Below are positions 1 through 9,107 of a stretch of 64,000 bases of DNA, one piece after another. The notes below the pieces were generated by a model. That model did not search any database. It saw only the letters and a program-made list of their open reading frames with translations, and had not been told where the DNA came from. The DNA lies in the NCBI GenBank assembly GCA_963735805.1, contig CAVTMK010000002.1, positions 832,001 to 896,000 on the forward strand. The letters run 5' to 3'. The stretch comes from an uncultured Verrucomicrobiae bacterium (GTDB lineage: Bacteria > Verrucomicrobiota > Verrucomicrobiia > Chthoniobacterales > UBA10450). Both the position numbers and the translations under genes were made by a program. How positions within the stretch are numbered: position 1 is the first letter of the stretch; every line of letters begins with the position of its first letter.

Positions 1-2
1 GT

Positions 3-710
3 GTCCTGTTCCGCACTGCCCTGATGGAAGATAAGCTTTGCCAGGGTGGTAAACAGCGCAGCTGCCGCCCCGTGACCGGAGCCGTCGGCAATCCAGAACA
101 AAATTCTGCCATCTTTCATTCGCACCCAGCCGTAGATATCGCCGCCAACCTGGATGAGCGGGCGGTAATAGGCTGCAATCTCCCAGCCAGGCATCGTCAA
201 AGGCTTTTGCGGGATCAGCGATTGCTGTGTAATACGTGCTGCCGCCAGATCGCGCTCGAGATCGCGGCGCCATCGTTCAAGTTCTTGATTTTGCTTCTCT
301 AATTGCCGCCTCATGGAGCGGAGACGAAGCTGAGTCTCGATTCTCGCACGCAACACCGCCGCATTAACTGGTTTTGTCACAAAATCATCCGCGCCAGCTT
401 GCAAACAGGAGATTTCGCTTTCCTCGCTTCCGTGCGCGGTCAACATAATTGCCGGCACCTGCGCGACTGTATGGTGCTCATCCGAGCGAAGCTCTTTTAG
501 CACTTCGGCTCCATTAGGTCCCGGCATGTCGAAGTCTAGTAGTAAAAGCGAAGGCGGATTTGCGTGAATCATCTTCAGCGCTTCGTCGCCATTCCCGCAC
601 GCTTGGCAGTTGTAACCGGCAGACGTGAGCACTTGTCCCAGGATTTTGCGGCTCAAAGCGTCATCATCAACTATAAGGATTTCCGCATGGGAATTATTCG
701 TTGTCGACAT
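3..710 (-). CDS. Response regulator receiver + SpoIIE/PP2C phosphatase (RsbU-like), truncated by the window edge
   Basis: Not in the ORF track. Manual translation from ATG 710: MSTTNNSHAEILIVDDD...LLLLDFDMPGPNG...GADDFVTKP (REC), a coiled coil, then VGGDIY...IADGSGHGAAAAL (PP2C motifs). Open to the window start. Confidence 0.9.
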   Translation of the reverse strand, partial: MSTTNNSHAEILIVDDDALSRKILGQVLTSAGYNCQACGNGDEALKMIHANPPSLLLLDFDMPGPNGAEVLKELRSDEHHTVAQVPAIMLTAHGSEESEISCLQAGADDFVTKPVNAAVLRARIETQLRLRSMRRQLEKQNQELERWRRDLERDLAAARITQQSLIPQKPLTMPGWEIAAYYRPLIQVGGDIYGWVRMKDGRILFWIADGSGHGAAAALFTTLAKLIFHQGSAEQD

Positions 711-856
711 CTCTATCTTGGAATCGGATGAAAGACAAACCGTCATTGTATCTACAGCACTTTTTGCGGAAACATCGCTAAGTGTGAACAAAAAAGCGAT
801 TTAATGATTGGCAACGACTCGGACTGCGGATACGATTTCAGACAGTACTTCCATTT

Positions 857-1249
857 ATGAAATTCTCATTGTCGCTTGCTCTGTTTACGGCTTTCTTTGT
901 CGCCTCATGCAGCGAGGAGCCGCCACCGCCACCTTCCCGGCATCGGGTCGCTAGTTATCCCCCCACTCAGACCGAGCAATACCCGCCACCGCAACAGCCA
1001 TTTAATCCCAATGGCCCTGTTCAACCCACAGGTACGCCGCCAGTGGAGACCGCACCAGCTCCGCCTCCTCCGACGGCCGCGCCCACGAAGGTCGCAAAGG
1101 GCGATTATCCGTACGGGATTCCCGTTCCTGGCAAGCCGCATCTGGTAGAGAGTCCATATTCACCTGGCAAATATATCGATGTGGAAGGATTCCCTCCGGG
1201 AACGGAAGTCAAGGACCCTTACACGGACAAAATCTTTCTTGTTCCGTAA
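857..1249 (+). CDS. Proline-rich lipoprotein of unknown function
   Basis: Signal peptide with lipobox FVAS-C, Pro-rich linker, compact C-terminal domain (YPYGIPVPGKP...DPYTDKIFLVP). Confidence 0.8.
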   Translation: MKFSLSLALFTAFFVASCSEEPPPPPSRHRVASYPPTQTEQYPPPQQPFNPNGPVQPTGTPPVETAPAPPPPTAAPTKVAKGDYPYGIPVPGKPHLVESPYSPGKYIDVEGFPPGTEVKDPYTDKIFLVP

Positions 1250-1289
1250 CAGATTGCCTTGAGGCTCTTCCAAGCTGATGCTGGTATAG

Positions 1290-1320
1290 GGTGCTGAATT
1301 AGCGCAGCACCTGTAATTTT
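1290..1320 (+). terminator. Possible intrinsic terminator
   Basis: GGTGCTG-N8-CAGCACC hairpin followed by TGTAATTTT after the lipoprotein gene. Confidence 0.3.
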
Positions 1321-1367
1321 CATCGAGCGCACGGCATTAAGTATCCACTAACGTTTCCTTTCATTTT

Positions 1368-2723
1368 ATGGAGTTACGGGTAAAACGGGCACCGCGAATT
1401 GACATTGAAATTACTGTACCAGGCGACAAGAGCATTTCACATCGCGCAGTAATCATCGCTGCCTTGTCGAATGGAGTGTGCACTCTGCATGGATTTCTTC
1501 CCAGCCAAGATTGTATGCACACAGTGAACGCAATGCGGGCCCTCGGGATCAGGATCGAACAGCCTGAGCCCGATATATTGGTCGTTCACGGGAAAAAGCG
1601 CGTTCTTACGCCACCCAAGAGTGAAATCAATTGCGGGAATTCCGGTACGACCATGCGTCTTCTCACCGGGCTCCTTGCAGGGCAAACATTTGAAAGTCGG
1701 CTGGTGGCCGATGCCGGCCTATCAAAACGTCCCATGGAGCGCGTCATAACGCCGCTTCGCCAGATGGGCGCAAATATTGTTGCCGAAGGTCCGGAAGAGA
1801 CACCGCCGCTGCGTATTCAGGGCGGTTCCTTGCGAGGCATTCGTTATCGACCGGCTGTTGCAAGCGCCCAGGTGAAAGGTGCATTGCTGCTAGCTGGCCT
1901 CTTTGCCAAGGGCAAGACCACAGTCATCGAACCGGCACCAACTCGGAATCATATGGAAATGATGTTTGATTATTTCCTTGTTCGAATCGCGGCGGATGCG
2001 AACGGCAGCGTCACGATATTTGGCGACCAGGTACCGGAGTCGCGCGACTTCGCCATTCCGGGCGACATATCTTCCGCAGCGTTTTGGTTGGTTGCCGCTG
2101 CGGCGCAGCGCCGCGGTCATCTGCTCATTCGTGATGTTGGCTTAAACCACACGCGAACGGCTTTACTCGGTGTTTTGCTTCGCATGGGTGCGCAAGTGCG
2201 CGAGGCAATTGAGGACATCGATCAAGTCGAACCGTATGGAATTGTTGAAGTCACCGGTTTCCCGCTTAAAGGCACCGTCATTCAGGGTAAAGAAGTGCCG
2301 CAGCTTATTGATGAATTGCCGATCCTCGCAGTCGCCGGCGCTCTTGCAGACGGCAAGACCGTTATTCGTCACGCAGAAGAACTGCGCGTAAAGGAAAGTG
2401 ATCGCATCGCCGCAATCGCTCACAACCTCAGCGCCATGGGCGCGAAAGTATCTGAGCTGAACGATGGCCTTGAGATTCTTGGTCCGGCCCCCCTACACGG
2501 AACGCGCGTGCCGAGTTTTGGCGACCATCGTATCGCGATGGCGTTTGCTATAGCGGGTCTCTTCGCCGATGGCGAAACCATCGTTCAAGACGCTGAATGT
2601 ATTCGCGAATCTTATCCCGGGTTTGAAGCTGTGCTTGAAGAATTTACAAATCCCAAACGGATGCAGGTCAGCACGCCGGTAATCGGTTCCCTCACTCCCG
2701 GACCCGTCGAGGAAGAAGCATGA
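1368..2723 (+). CDS. aroA: 3-phosphoshikimate 1-carboxyvinyltransferase (EPSP synthase)
   Basis: PGDKSISHRA, CGNSGTTMRL, SAQVK, LRVKESDRI, GDHRIAMAF motifs. Confidence 0.97.
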   Translation: MELRVKRAPRIDIEITVPGDKSISHRAVIIAALSNGVCTLHGFLPSQDCMHTVNAMRALGIRIEQPEPDILVVHGKKRVLTPPKSEINCGNSGTTMRLLTGLLAGQTFESRLVADAGLSKRPMERVITPLRQMGANIVAEGPEETPPLRIQGGSLRGIRYRPAVASAQVKGALLLAGLFAKGKTTVIEPAPTRNHMEMMFDYFLVRIAADANGSVTIFGDQVPESRDFAIPGDISSAAFWLVAAAAQRRGHLLIRDVGLNHTRTALLGVLLRMGAQVREAIEDIDQVEPYGIVEVTGFPLKGTVIQGKEVPQLIDELPILAVAGALADGKTVIRHAEELRVKESDRIAAIAHNLSAMGAKVSELNDGLEILGPAPLHGTRVPSFGDHRIAMAFAIAGLFADGETIVQDAECIRESYPGFEAVLEEFTNPKRMQVSTPVIGSLTPGPVEEEA

Positions 2724-2799
2724 TTCCTGAAACGTTCCTCGTAGGCGTTAAGTGAGTGGCAGCTTGCCCGGCAGCTTTTGGCCGCGCTAATTTCCACGC

Positions 2800-3456
2800 A
2801 TGCAGGAACAGTTTCAGAGGGTAGTTGCCATTGATGGCCCAGCGGCCTCTGGGAAGAGCAGTGTTGCGCAAGAGCTCTCTCGGCGACTGGGTTTTGTTTA
2901 CGTCAATTCCGGCGCCATTTATCGAGCAATTACCTGGGACATCTTGCAAAAGAGAATCGATCCTGAAGATAGCGGGCGTATCACGAAAGCCCTTCAATCA
3001 GTCGCCATCACAGGCGCTCTGCAGGATAATGAGTTGCGCGTTGTGATTGATGGCGTGGATCCGGCAGACCACTTGCGTGATGATTGCGTAAATGAAAGCG
3101 TTGCACGCGTCAGTCAGGTCCCTGAAGTTCGCCAAATTGTTGCAGAGAAACTACACAGGGACGCGCACAATTATAACCTGATCGTGGAAGGGCGAGATAT
3201 TGGATCAGTCGTTTTTCCAGACACACCCTACAAATTTTACGTTGATGCTTCTCCTCATGTGCGCTTGCAGCGTCGCGCGGCACAGGGAGGCCGGGATGAA
3301 ATCGCGCAGCGCGATCGCGCGGATTCTTCACGCCCCGTGTCGCCGCTCGTCATCGCGAAAGATGCATGCGTTATTGATACTTCGGAGCTTACAATTGACC
3401 AAGTGGTCAGTCAGATCATCGCACGGCTAAAGCAACTGGGACTCTCAATCCCCTAG
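2800..3456 (+). CDS. cmk: Cytidylate kinase
   Basis: AIDGPAASGKSS P-loop and VEGRDIGSVVFPD; follows aroA. Confidence 0.95.
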   Translation: MQEQFQRVVAIDGPAASGKSSVAQELSRRLGFVYVNSGAIYRAITWDILQKRIDPEDSGRITKALQSVAITGALQDNELRVVIDGVDPADHLRDDCVNESVARVSQVPEVRQIVAEKLHRDAHNYNLIVEGRDIGSVVFPDTPYKFYVDASPHVRLQRRAAQGGRDEIAQRDRADSSRPVSPLVIAKDACVIDTSELTIDQVVSQIIARLKQLGLSIP

Positions 3457-3499
3457 TGATCCAAACGATTCGTAGCTCCAACAGTTCAACTTCTCAACG

Positions 3500-4114
3500 A
3501 TGAACGCTTATTACTGCCTTGGCTATCATCTTAGTCGTCTTGTTGGCCGATTGTTCTTTCGCTTTCGTGTAATGCACCGGGAGCGCATGCTTCAGAGTGG
3601 CCCAGTCATTCTCGCCATGAACCATCAGAGTTACCTCGATCCGCCGCTTGCCGGCACTACTTGCGATCGGGCGATTTATTTTCTGGCACGGCGAACGTTA
3701 CTGGACGTGCCGCTCCTCGGCCGGCTTTTGCCAAAGCTCAACGTAATTCCGGTCAATCAAGAGGGGATCGACCGGAGCGCACTGAAGTCTTTGATTCGTG
3801 TTCTCAAAGATGGAAATGCAGCTCTTGTCTTCCCGGAAGGCTCGCGCACCATCGATGGTAGTTTGCAGCCGGCTGAGCCTGGATTGGGTCTCATAATTGC
3901 GAAAACACTGGCGCCAGTGGTGCCGATGCGAATCTTTGGTGCTCACGAGGCTCTCCCACGAACCGGCGGCGGCATACACTTTGTGCCCGTTACCATCGTG
4001 ATTGGAGAACCGCTTTTCTTTGCGGCTGCCGATCTAAATTCGTCGGGGAAGGGTCTTTACATGCGGCTAAGTCAGCGTGTCATGGATGCAATCGCGGCTT
4101 TACGCTTAAATTGA
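3500..4114 (+). CDS. plsC: 1-acyl-sn-glycerol-3-phosphate acyltransferase
   Basis: NHQSYLD and FPEGSR motifs; typical position after cmk. Confidence 0.9.
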   Translation: MNAYYCLGYHLSRLVGRLFFRFRVMHRERMLQSGPVILAMNHQSYLDPPLAGTTCDRAIYFLARRTLLDVPLLGRLLPKLNVIPVNQEGIDRSALKSLIRVLKDGNAALVFPEGSRTIDGSLQPAEPGLGLIIAKTLAPVVPMRIFGAHEALPRTGGGIHFVPVTIVIGEPLFFAAADLNSSGKGLYMRLSQRVMDAIAALRLN

Positions 4115-4197
4115 TGTGCGCGTTATCCTCCTGTGTCGAATGAGGACGACCAACAGGGCTGCTTTGCACGCATAAGATCAGTATCGATACTTCGAAG

Positions 4198-4392
4198 ATG
4201 AATTCACCGCAGAAGCCCACCGAAAAGTCTCGATCGGCTCAAGTTCCAAAGAGTGCGGGTGTGCTTATGATCGTCGTCGTTGTGTTACTGGCGCTAGTGG
4301 CGGTGTTCGCCAATATCCAGCGCCTTCGCCGTGGCCAGATTGAAACGATTGTGGTGGTGCCAGCAAGTTCGACGACGCCGCAGCCGCGTTAA
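4198..4392 (+). CDS. Small single-pass membrane protein, hypothetical
   Basis: 64 aa with one hydrophobic stretch (VLMIVVVVLLALVAVFA) followed by basic residues. Confidence 0.5.
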   Translation: MNSPQKPTEKSRSAQVPKSAGVLMIVVVVLLALVAVFANIQRLRRGQIETIVVVPASSTTPQPR

Positions 4393-4465
4393 CTTTCATT
4401 TGACTAGCAGAGGCTCCCTCGGTTTGTTCGTCCGAATTAGCGGAATACGAAATACGACCTGTGAT

Positions 4466-4984
4466 ATGAAAAAACTCTTTGTCCTCTCGATTCTTGTTCC
4501 TTTGGCGATGGTTTGTTCCTGCCAAAAACAAGATGCAGCGGCTGAACAACAACTCACTCAGCGGAAAGCCGACTTGGATGCGCGGGAGAAAGCATTGGAC
4601 GACCGAGCGAAGGCATTGGGCGAAAGAGAAAAAGCGATAGCACGTGCGTCAACGCTGCGCAATTTGCAATCGCGAGCCCCAACAAGCGACACCTCTTCGA
4701 ATCCTCAGCCGTCTGCATCTATCCCTGCCGGCTTGTATCCGTCGGATAGCTCGCAGCTCAAAGCCAGTAGAGAAAGAAAAATGGACGAGATACGCGCTTT
4801 GAGGCAGCGCCGGCTGGAGGCAATCCAGAAAATGAGAACGCTTGGAGCACGAGCGAATCCTGGCACCACGAAGCCTGTGGACAGCGGCGCGTCTGCCGGC
4901 ACCAGCGGCTCTGCTGATACGAGCCCCTCTGCCACACCCGGAGAGGAAGCAACCTCACCATCGCCGTCGCCCACACCGCAGTAA
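4466..4984 (+). CDS. Hypothetical lipoprotein with coiled coil and Ser/Pro-rich tail
   Basis: Start re-called at ATG 4466 (MKKLFVLSILVPLAMVCSC, lipobox-like); heptad repeats LDAREKA/LDDRAKA/LGEREKA. Confidence 0.75.
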   Translation: MKKLFVLSILVPLAMVCSCQKQDAAAEQQLTQRKADLDAREKALDDRAKALGEREKAIARASTLRNLQSRAPTSDTSSNPQPSASIPAGLYPSDSSQLKASRERKMDEIRALRQRRLEAIQKMRTLGARANPGTTKPVDSGASAGTSGSADTSPSATPGEEATSPSPSPTPQ

Positions 4985-4997
4985 TTAACGGGTTGAA

Positions 4998-7736
4998 TTA
5001 GGGTTTTCGTAAAGGCCCGAGGCTGGGTTTGCGCGTTACTTCTGCAAGCTCGCGAGCGTATTGCAGCGTGTCGATGGCATCCACACTCTTATCGCGCCGG
5101 ATGGCTTTGATTCTCGGAAAGCGCAGTGCGAGTCCACTGGCATGGCGCGTGCTGGGCTGAATTGAATTGAAAGCGACTTCGATGATCACGTCTGGTTTCA
5201 CTTCGCGGTACCGGCCATGCTCTACGATCGTGTTCTGTTTAAAATGCTCGGTTAACTCTGCGATCTCTGCATCGGTCAATCCGCTGTACGCCTTGCCAAT
5301 TGGCAAAAGGTTACCAGTGGTGTCATCGCGTACGGCAAATGTGTAATCGCTCAACACGTTGTTGCGTTTGCCATGTCCAAATTCGACTCCTACGACCACG
5401 ACATCCAGCGTCGCCAGTTCTTTCTTGAGCTTGAACCAAAACATACCGCGGTTGCCCGGTAGATAGAAGCTGTCGGGGTCTTTGATCATCAGCCCTTCAT
5501 TCAAGCGTTGCCTCGCCTGTTGGAACACCCGCTCGATCTCAGCAGCAGAATGCACAGGCACTACCCTGGACACTTGAAAGTGCGACGGCAATCGGACGCT
5601 ACTGAGATGTCTTCGTCTTTCATGCAGCGGGGTCTTCAACAATGACCGGCCGTTCAACCAAAGAAGATCAAAAATCACAAACGCGACAGGCACATCCGCC
5701 GCCGCGTGAGCGAATAAGTCGGCAGCGTTATTCTTTCGTCCCAGTCGCTTCTGCAAATCGAAAAAGGTCAGTTCGCGATCCTTCTCGAAAGCGATGATTT
5801 CTCCGTCGATAATCAGCTCTTCGTCGAAATTTCTGGCGTGATCGGCCAACTCTGGAAATTGACCCGTGATACGGCGCAAGTCGCGAGAGAAAATCTCGAC
5901 CTGTCGCGCAGTGCGGTGCAACTGCGCGCGAATCCCGTCGAATTTGTCTTCCAAATAAACGGTCGTTGGCGTTGGCTCTTGGCTGTCCTCTGCAGCTTCT
6001 GCGAACCGTTTCCAAACGGCTTGGGCTGTAGATTCGGGAATCGCAAGCATGGATTTGATCGGACGAAAAACCGACAGTTCTGCGCGGTGGAGTTCATTTC
6101 GTGAAGCGAGCAGGGCCGTCCGACCGACGTCGCCTAGCAACATGTTCGCCTCCCTTACCTGCTCAACAGGGACAGCGAACCCCTTCGCAATTGCCTCCTC
6201 GACCAACCCTTCACGCAATCCGATACGCAGATCCCCAGTCAAAATCTTGACAGCGTATTGACCTTCGCGCGCGGACAATCTGCAGAATCGATCTCCCAGA
6301 ATCTTGGCCTTGGCGATGGGGCCGCGAGCGCTGTAAAGATTTTCAAACAAGTCGCCGGATTCGCGGATGCTGAAGGGTTGTGGTGTGGTTCGCCCGTCCA
6401 GAACTTCGAACGCGGTCTTGCCCGCATCGCCATGAGCACTGGCAACGCGGTGAAATTCCGCGTCGCTGACCTTTGCAGTCGCTTGCAGCGCGCGGAAGAT
6501 CACGGCCCAACCCACCTGCATTGTGCGCGGATCGCTTTGGGCAAAGGCTTTCCCGCTGAAGTAAGGGGTCGCGACCAAGAGTTGCTCGCTCGTTAGGCTG
6601 CGCAAATAATCGGCGAGGAGTCGAATTTTATCCAGTTTAGCGGGAGTGGTGGCAATCGCTTCACCGACATTTGCAAACTCAAGGAATTCCGAGGCTTTAG
6701 CGGACGCGCTTCCGCCGTGTTTGATGGCGAGCGTAACGAGGGGAGCGCGGGCAGGAACCTCTGGCAGCGTAAACTCCATTTGGTTTTCTTCACTTAAGGC
6801 CCACGCTTCTATTCCGCGCTGCCGCAAATCGCCTGCAAACGCCGCAGCGAAACCGTGCAGCGTAAATACCCGACGCGGTTGAACAAGTTCTACGTAGCGG
6901 AGCAGGTCCTTGTAATCAGCGTGGTCAGAAAGTGCAAATGCCGCGTCAACCTGGTAGCGATAGAGCGCGTTTGGATCGACCGCCCAGCCACTGATCATCG
7001 CCACGCGTTTGCGCGCAATCTTTTCCAACATATGCGAACGATTCGCGCTGGGCGGACAGATCAGAACTTTCCCGGCAACATCGTTTGGGTGGTACCGAAC
7101 ATATTTGCAAAACGATTGGCCAGCTTGCTCGTAAATGCGGGTCATCTGAAAAACCGAACCGTGGAGCATCGGCGTCAGCCCGGCTCCATCGAGCGAACAC
7201 AGTATTTCCTGCGCTTTGCCTAACGAGTACCCTAACAAGACGGGCACTCCCCCGTCATCAATCGTTTCGCGGCAGAAAGCAACGATTTGGTCAATGACTT
7301 CCCCTGTTGCCGGAAATCGATAGCGTGGCAGGCCAAATGTCGTTTCCATAATGAGCGTATGAGCGTTGCGCCACTGCGCCGGCTCGGCCGATTTTCCGGG
7401 GCGCAGCTTAAAATCGCCGGTATAGAGCAATGTCTCGTTCTCGGCAAAAAGGAGACACTGTGCCGAACCGAAGATATGTCCGGCTGGCAAGAGCATAAGG
7501 TCTAGGCCATAGAGATCTCGTCTTTCGGAAAATTCCAGAATATGCTCTTTCCGGGAGCCCGGCAATCGTCGTTGCAACAACCGCGCTGTACGCTCGGAAA
7601 CGATGATCTCTTCGTGCGGCGCAATGTGGTCGCCGTGTGCGTGCGAAACGAAAGCAAATCGCTTTGCATCCCGTGGGTCGAGCCATAAATCCTGCTGCGG
7701 CAGGTACACCCCACGTTCATAGCGAACCTCAATCAT
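4998..7736 (-). CDS. Fusion of an MBL/beta-CASP ligase-associated exonuclease and an ATP-dependent DNA ligase
   Basis: N-terminal SHAHGDH, AGHIFGS, YTGDFK, ETTFG, SDHAD. C-terminal ligase motifs EDKFDG (I), IDGE (III), FDLL (IIIa), EGLMIK (IV), WFKLK (V), RFPR (VI). Confidence 0.92.
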   Translation of the reverse strand: MIEVRYERGVYLPQQDLWLDPRDAKRFAFVSHAHGDHIAPHEEIIVSERTARLLQRRLPGSRKEHILEFSERRDLYGLDLMLLPAGHIFGSAQCLLFAENETLLYTGDFKLRPGKSAEPAQWRNAHTLIMETTFGLPRYRFPATGEVIDQIVAFCRETIDDGGVPVLLGYSLGKAQEILCSLDGAGLTPMLHGSVFQMTRIYEQAGQSFCKYVRYHPNDVAGKVLICPPSANRSHMLEKIARKRVAMISGWAVDPNALYRYQVDAAFALSDHADYKDLLRYVELVQPRRVFTLHGFAAAFAGDLRQRGIEAWALSEENQMEFTLPEVPARAPLVTLAIKHGGSASAKASEFLEFANVGEAIATTPAKLDKIRLLADYLRSLTSEQLLVATPYFSGKAFAQSDPRTMQVGWAVIFRALQATAKVSDAEFHRVASAHGDAGKTAFEVLDGRTTPQPFSIRESGDLFENLYSARGPIAKAKILGDRFCRLSAREGQYAVKILTGDLRIGLREGLVEEAIAKGFAVPVEQVREANMLLGDVGRTALLASRNELHRAELSVFRPIKSMLAIPESTAQAVWKRFAEAAEDSQEPTPTTVYLEDKFDGIRAQLHRTARQVEIFSRDLRRITGQFPELADHARNFDEELIIDGEIIAFEKDRELTFFDLQKRLGRKNNAADLFAHAAADVPVAFVIFDLLWLNGRSLLKTPLHERRRHLSSVRLPSHFQVSRVVPVHSAAEIERVFQQARQRLNEGLMIKDPDSFYLPGNRGMFWFKLKKELATLDVVVVGVEFGHGKRNNVLSDYTFAVRDDTTGNLLPIGKAYSGLTDAEIAELTEHFKQNTIVEHGRYREVKPDVIIEVAFNSIQPSTRHASGLALRFPRIKAIRRDKSVDAIDTLQYARELAEVTRKPSLGPLRKP

Positions 7737-7844
7737 AAAGCGCAATTTACGTTCAGATTCGTGCCACTTCCATCCGAGCTCGAGAACCTGGATATGTGGG
7801 TTGTTCGTTTGACACTCGATTCAAAACCCGGCTTTATTAAACAA

Positions 7845-8435
7845 ATGAAATTTGCCCACGTACTCCTTGCTTTGGGCTCGGCGTTTGTCGCTTTCTCCAG
7901 CCAGGGCGCTCGCGAGGAACCAAGAGTCGTGGAAAAAGTAACACCGCTCCCACTGGCGTTAAGCAATGATTTCCAGTTTCGGAAGACGAAGCTTTTCTTT
8001 TTGAGCGATAAACCGCCAAAACCAGGTGAACGCGCCCGCCAGTCAACCAGCACGCTTGGTGGAAAATCAAATTCACCGAGCCAGAAAACAGCGACCCTTC
8101 AGGATGCTCCCATCACTTTTGAGCGCCAGTATAGACTCTTTGGGGCGGTAACGGGACTCGATCAGCGTCAGCGTTTCGGCGATTATTTTGATTTTTTCTG
8201 GAGGTCCAAGCGCCCGTCCGATGTCACAGTGCGTTTGGAATATCGCCAGGAGAAACTGCACGAACACGTCCAGGCGCAGGAAATTTCATATCGAAATGTG
8301 CGTGGCACTCATAAGACTGAATTCAAGGTCGTCGGAGACGATTATTTTGATGATGGCCGCGTGATCGCATGGCGATGTCTGCTGATCGAAAGCGGCCGGA
8401 TCGTTGCGGAAAATCGCTCCTTTATGTGGGAGTAA
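7845..8435 (+). CDS. Secreted hypothetical protein
   Basis: Start re-called at ATG 7845, giving signal peptide MKFAHVLLALGSAFVAFSSQG; globular beta-rich C-terminus. Confidence 0.75.
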   Translation: MKFAHVLLALGSAFVAFSSQGAREEPRVVEKVTPLPLALSNDFQFRKTKLFFLSDKPPKPGERARQSTSTLGGKSNSPSQKTATLQDAPITFERQYRLFGAVTGLDQRQRFGDYFDFFWRSKRPSDVTVRLEYRQEKLHEHVQAQEISYRNVRGTHKTEFKVVGDDYFDDGRVIAWRCLLIESGRIVAENRSFMWE

Positions 8436-8536
8436 TATCAGGGGAAGTTTTGTCATGTTCGGCTGTTTGCGTGAGGCGGTCTTTCGTGCCCGGGATTCCG
8501 AATCATTTCCAGAAGTTTTACCGGGTTCGGTGAGCA

Positions 8537-8566
8537 TTGACAGCATGCCTTCCGAGCTAGTATCTT
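8537..8566 (+). promoter_or_regulatory. Putative sigma70 promoter of the STAS-RsbU-grpE operon
   Basis: TTGACA-N18-TATCTT ending 13 nt before GTG 8580. Confidence 0.45.
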
Positions 8567-8579
8567 TTAATTAGAAACT

Positions 8580-9095
8580 GTGGACTCATCTATTCAAGTA
8601 GGGGTGAGCGGTCCAACCGTATGGGTGAAGGTGGAGGGGAAAGGTAGTTTCCTCAATAGTGGTAATCTCAAAGAGTTTGCGCGTGAGATGTTGGACCGCG
8701 GCTATCGCGAATTTGTGGTGGATCTGGCGGACTGCGCCATGATGGACTCCACATTTATGGGAACGATGGCCAGCGTGGCGCTTCGACTCAGGGAGTTAGG
8801 ACATGGACATCTCCACATCGTTCACTGCGGGAACCGTAGTCAGGACCTTCTTTCTGGACTGGGTTTGGATCAGATATTCGATATTCGCGGTAACGGTGCC
8901 AGCCCCCCTGACTGCGGAGCGCTCGAACGAACCCCCGCGGTCCGGTCTCCTGAGGAGAAAAAGAAGCAGCAAACAGAAACGATGTTGGCGGCGCATGAGG
9001 CGCTTTGCGAGGCGGCGCCGGAAAATATCCTTCGCTTTAAAGACGTTCTCGATTTCTTAAGACAAGACCTTCATCACGAGACGCCTTCGAAGTAA
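8580..9095 (+). CDS. STAS-domain anti-sigma-factor antagonist
   Basis: VVDLADCAMMDSTFMG motif with phosphorylatable Ser; LGLDQIF. Confidence 0.88.
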   Translation: MDSSIQVGVSGPTVWVKVEGKGSFLNSGNLKEFAREMLDRGYREFVVDLADCAMMDSTFMGTMASVALRLRELGHGHLHIVHCGNRSQDLLSGLGLDQIFDIRGNGASPPDCGALERTPAVRSPEEKKKQQTETMLAAHEALCEAAPENILRFKDVLDFLRQDLHHETPSK

Positions 9096-9107
9096 GCTGG
9101 CCCCTGC

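Noticed and set aside
24..500. Plus-strand ORFs 24-302 and 303-500
   Set aside because: Antisense shadows of the minus-strand REC-PP2C gene.
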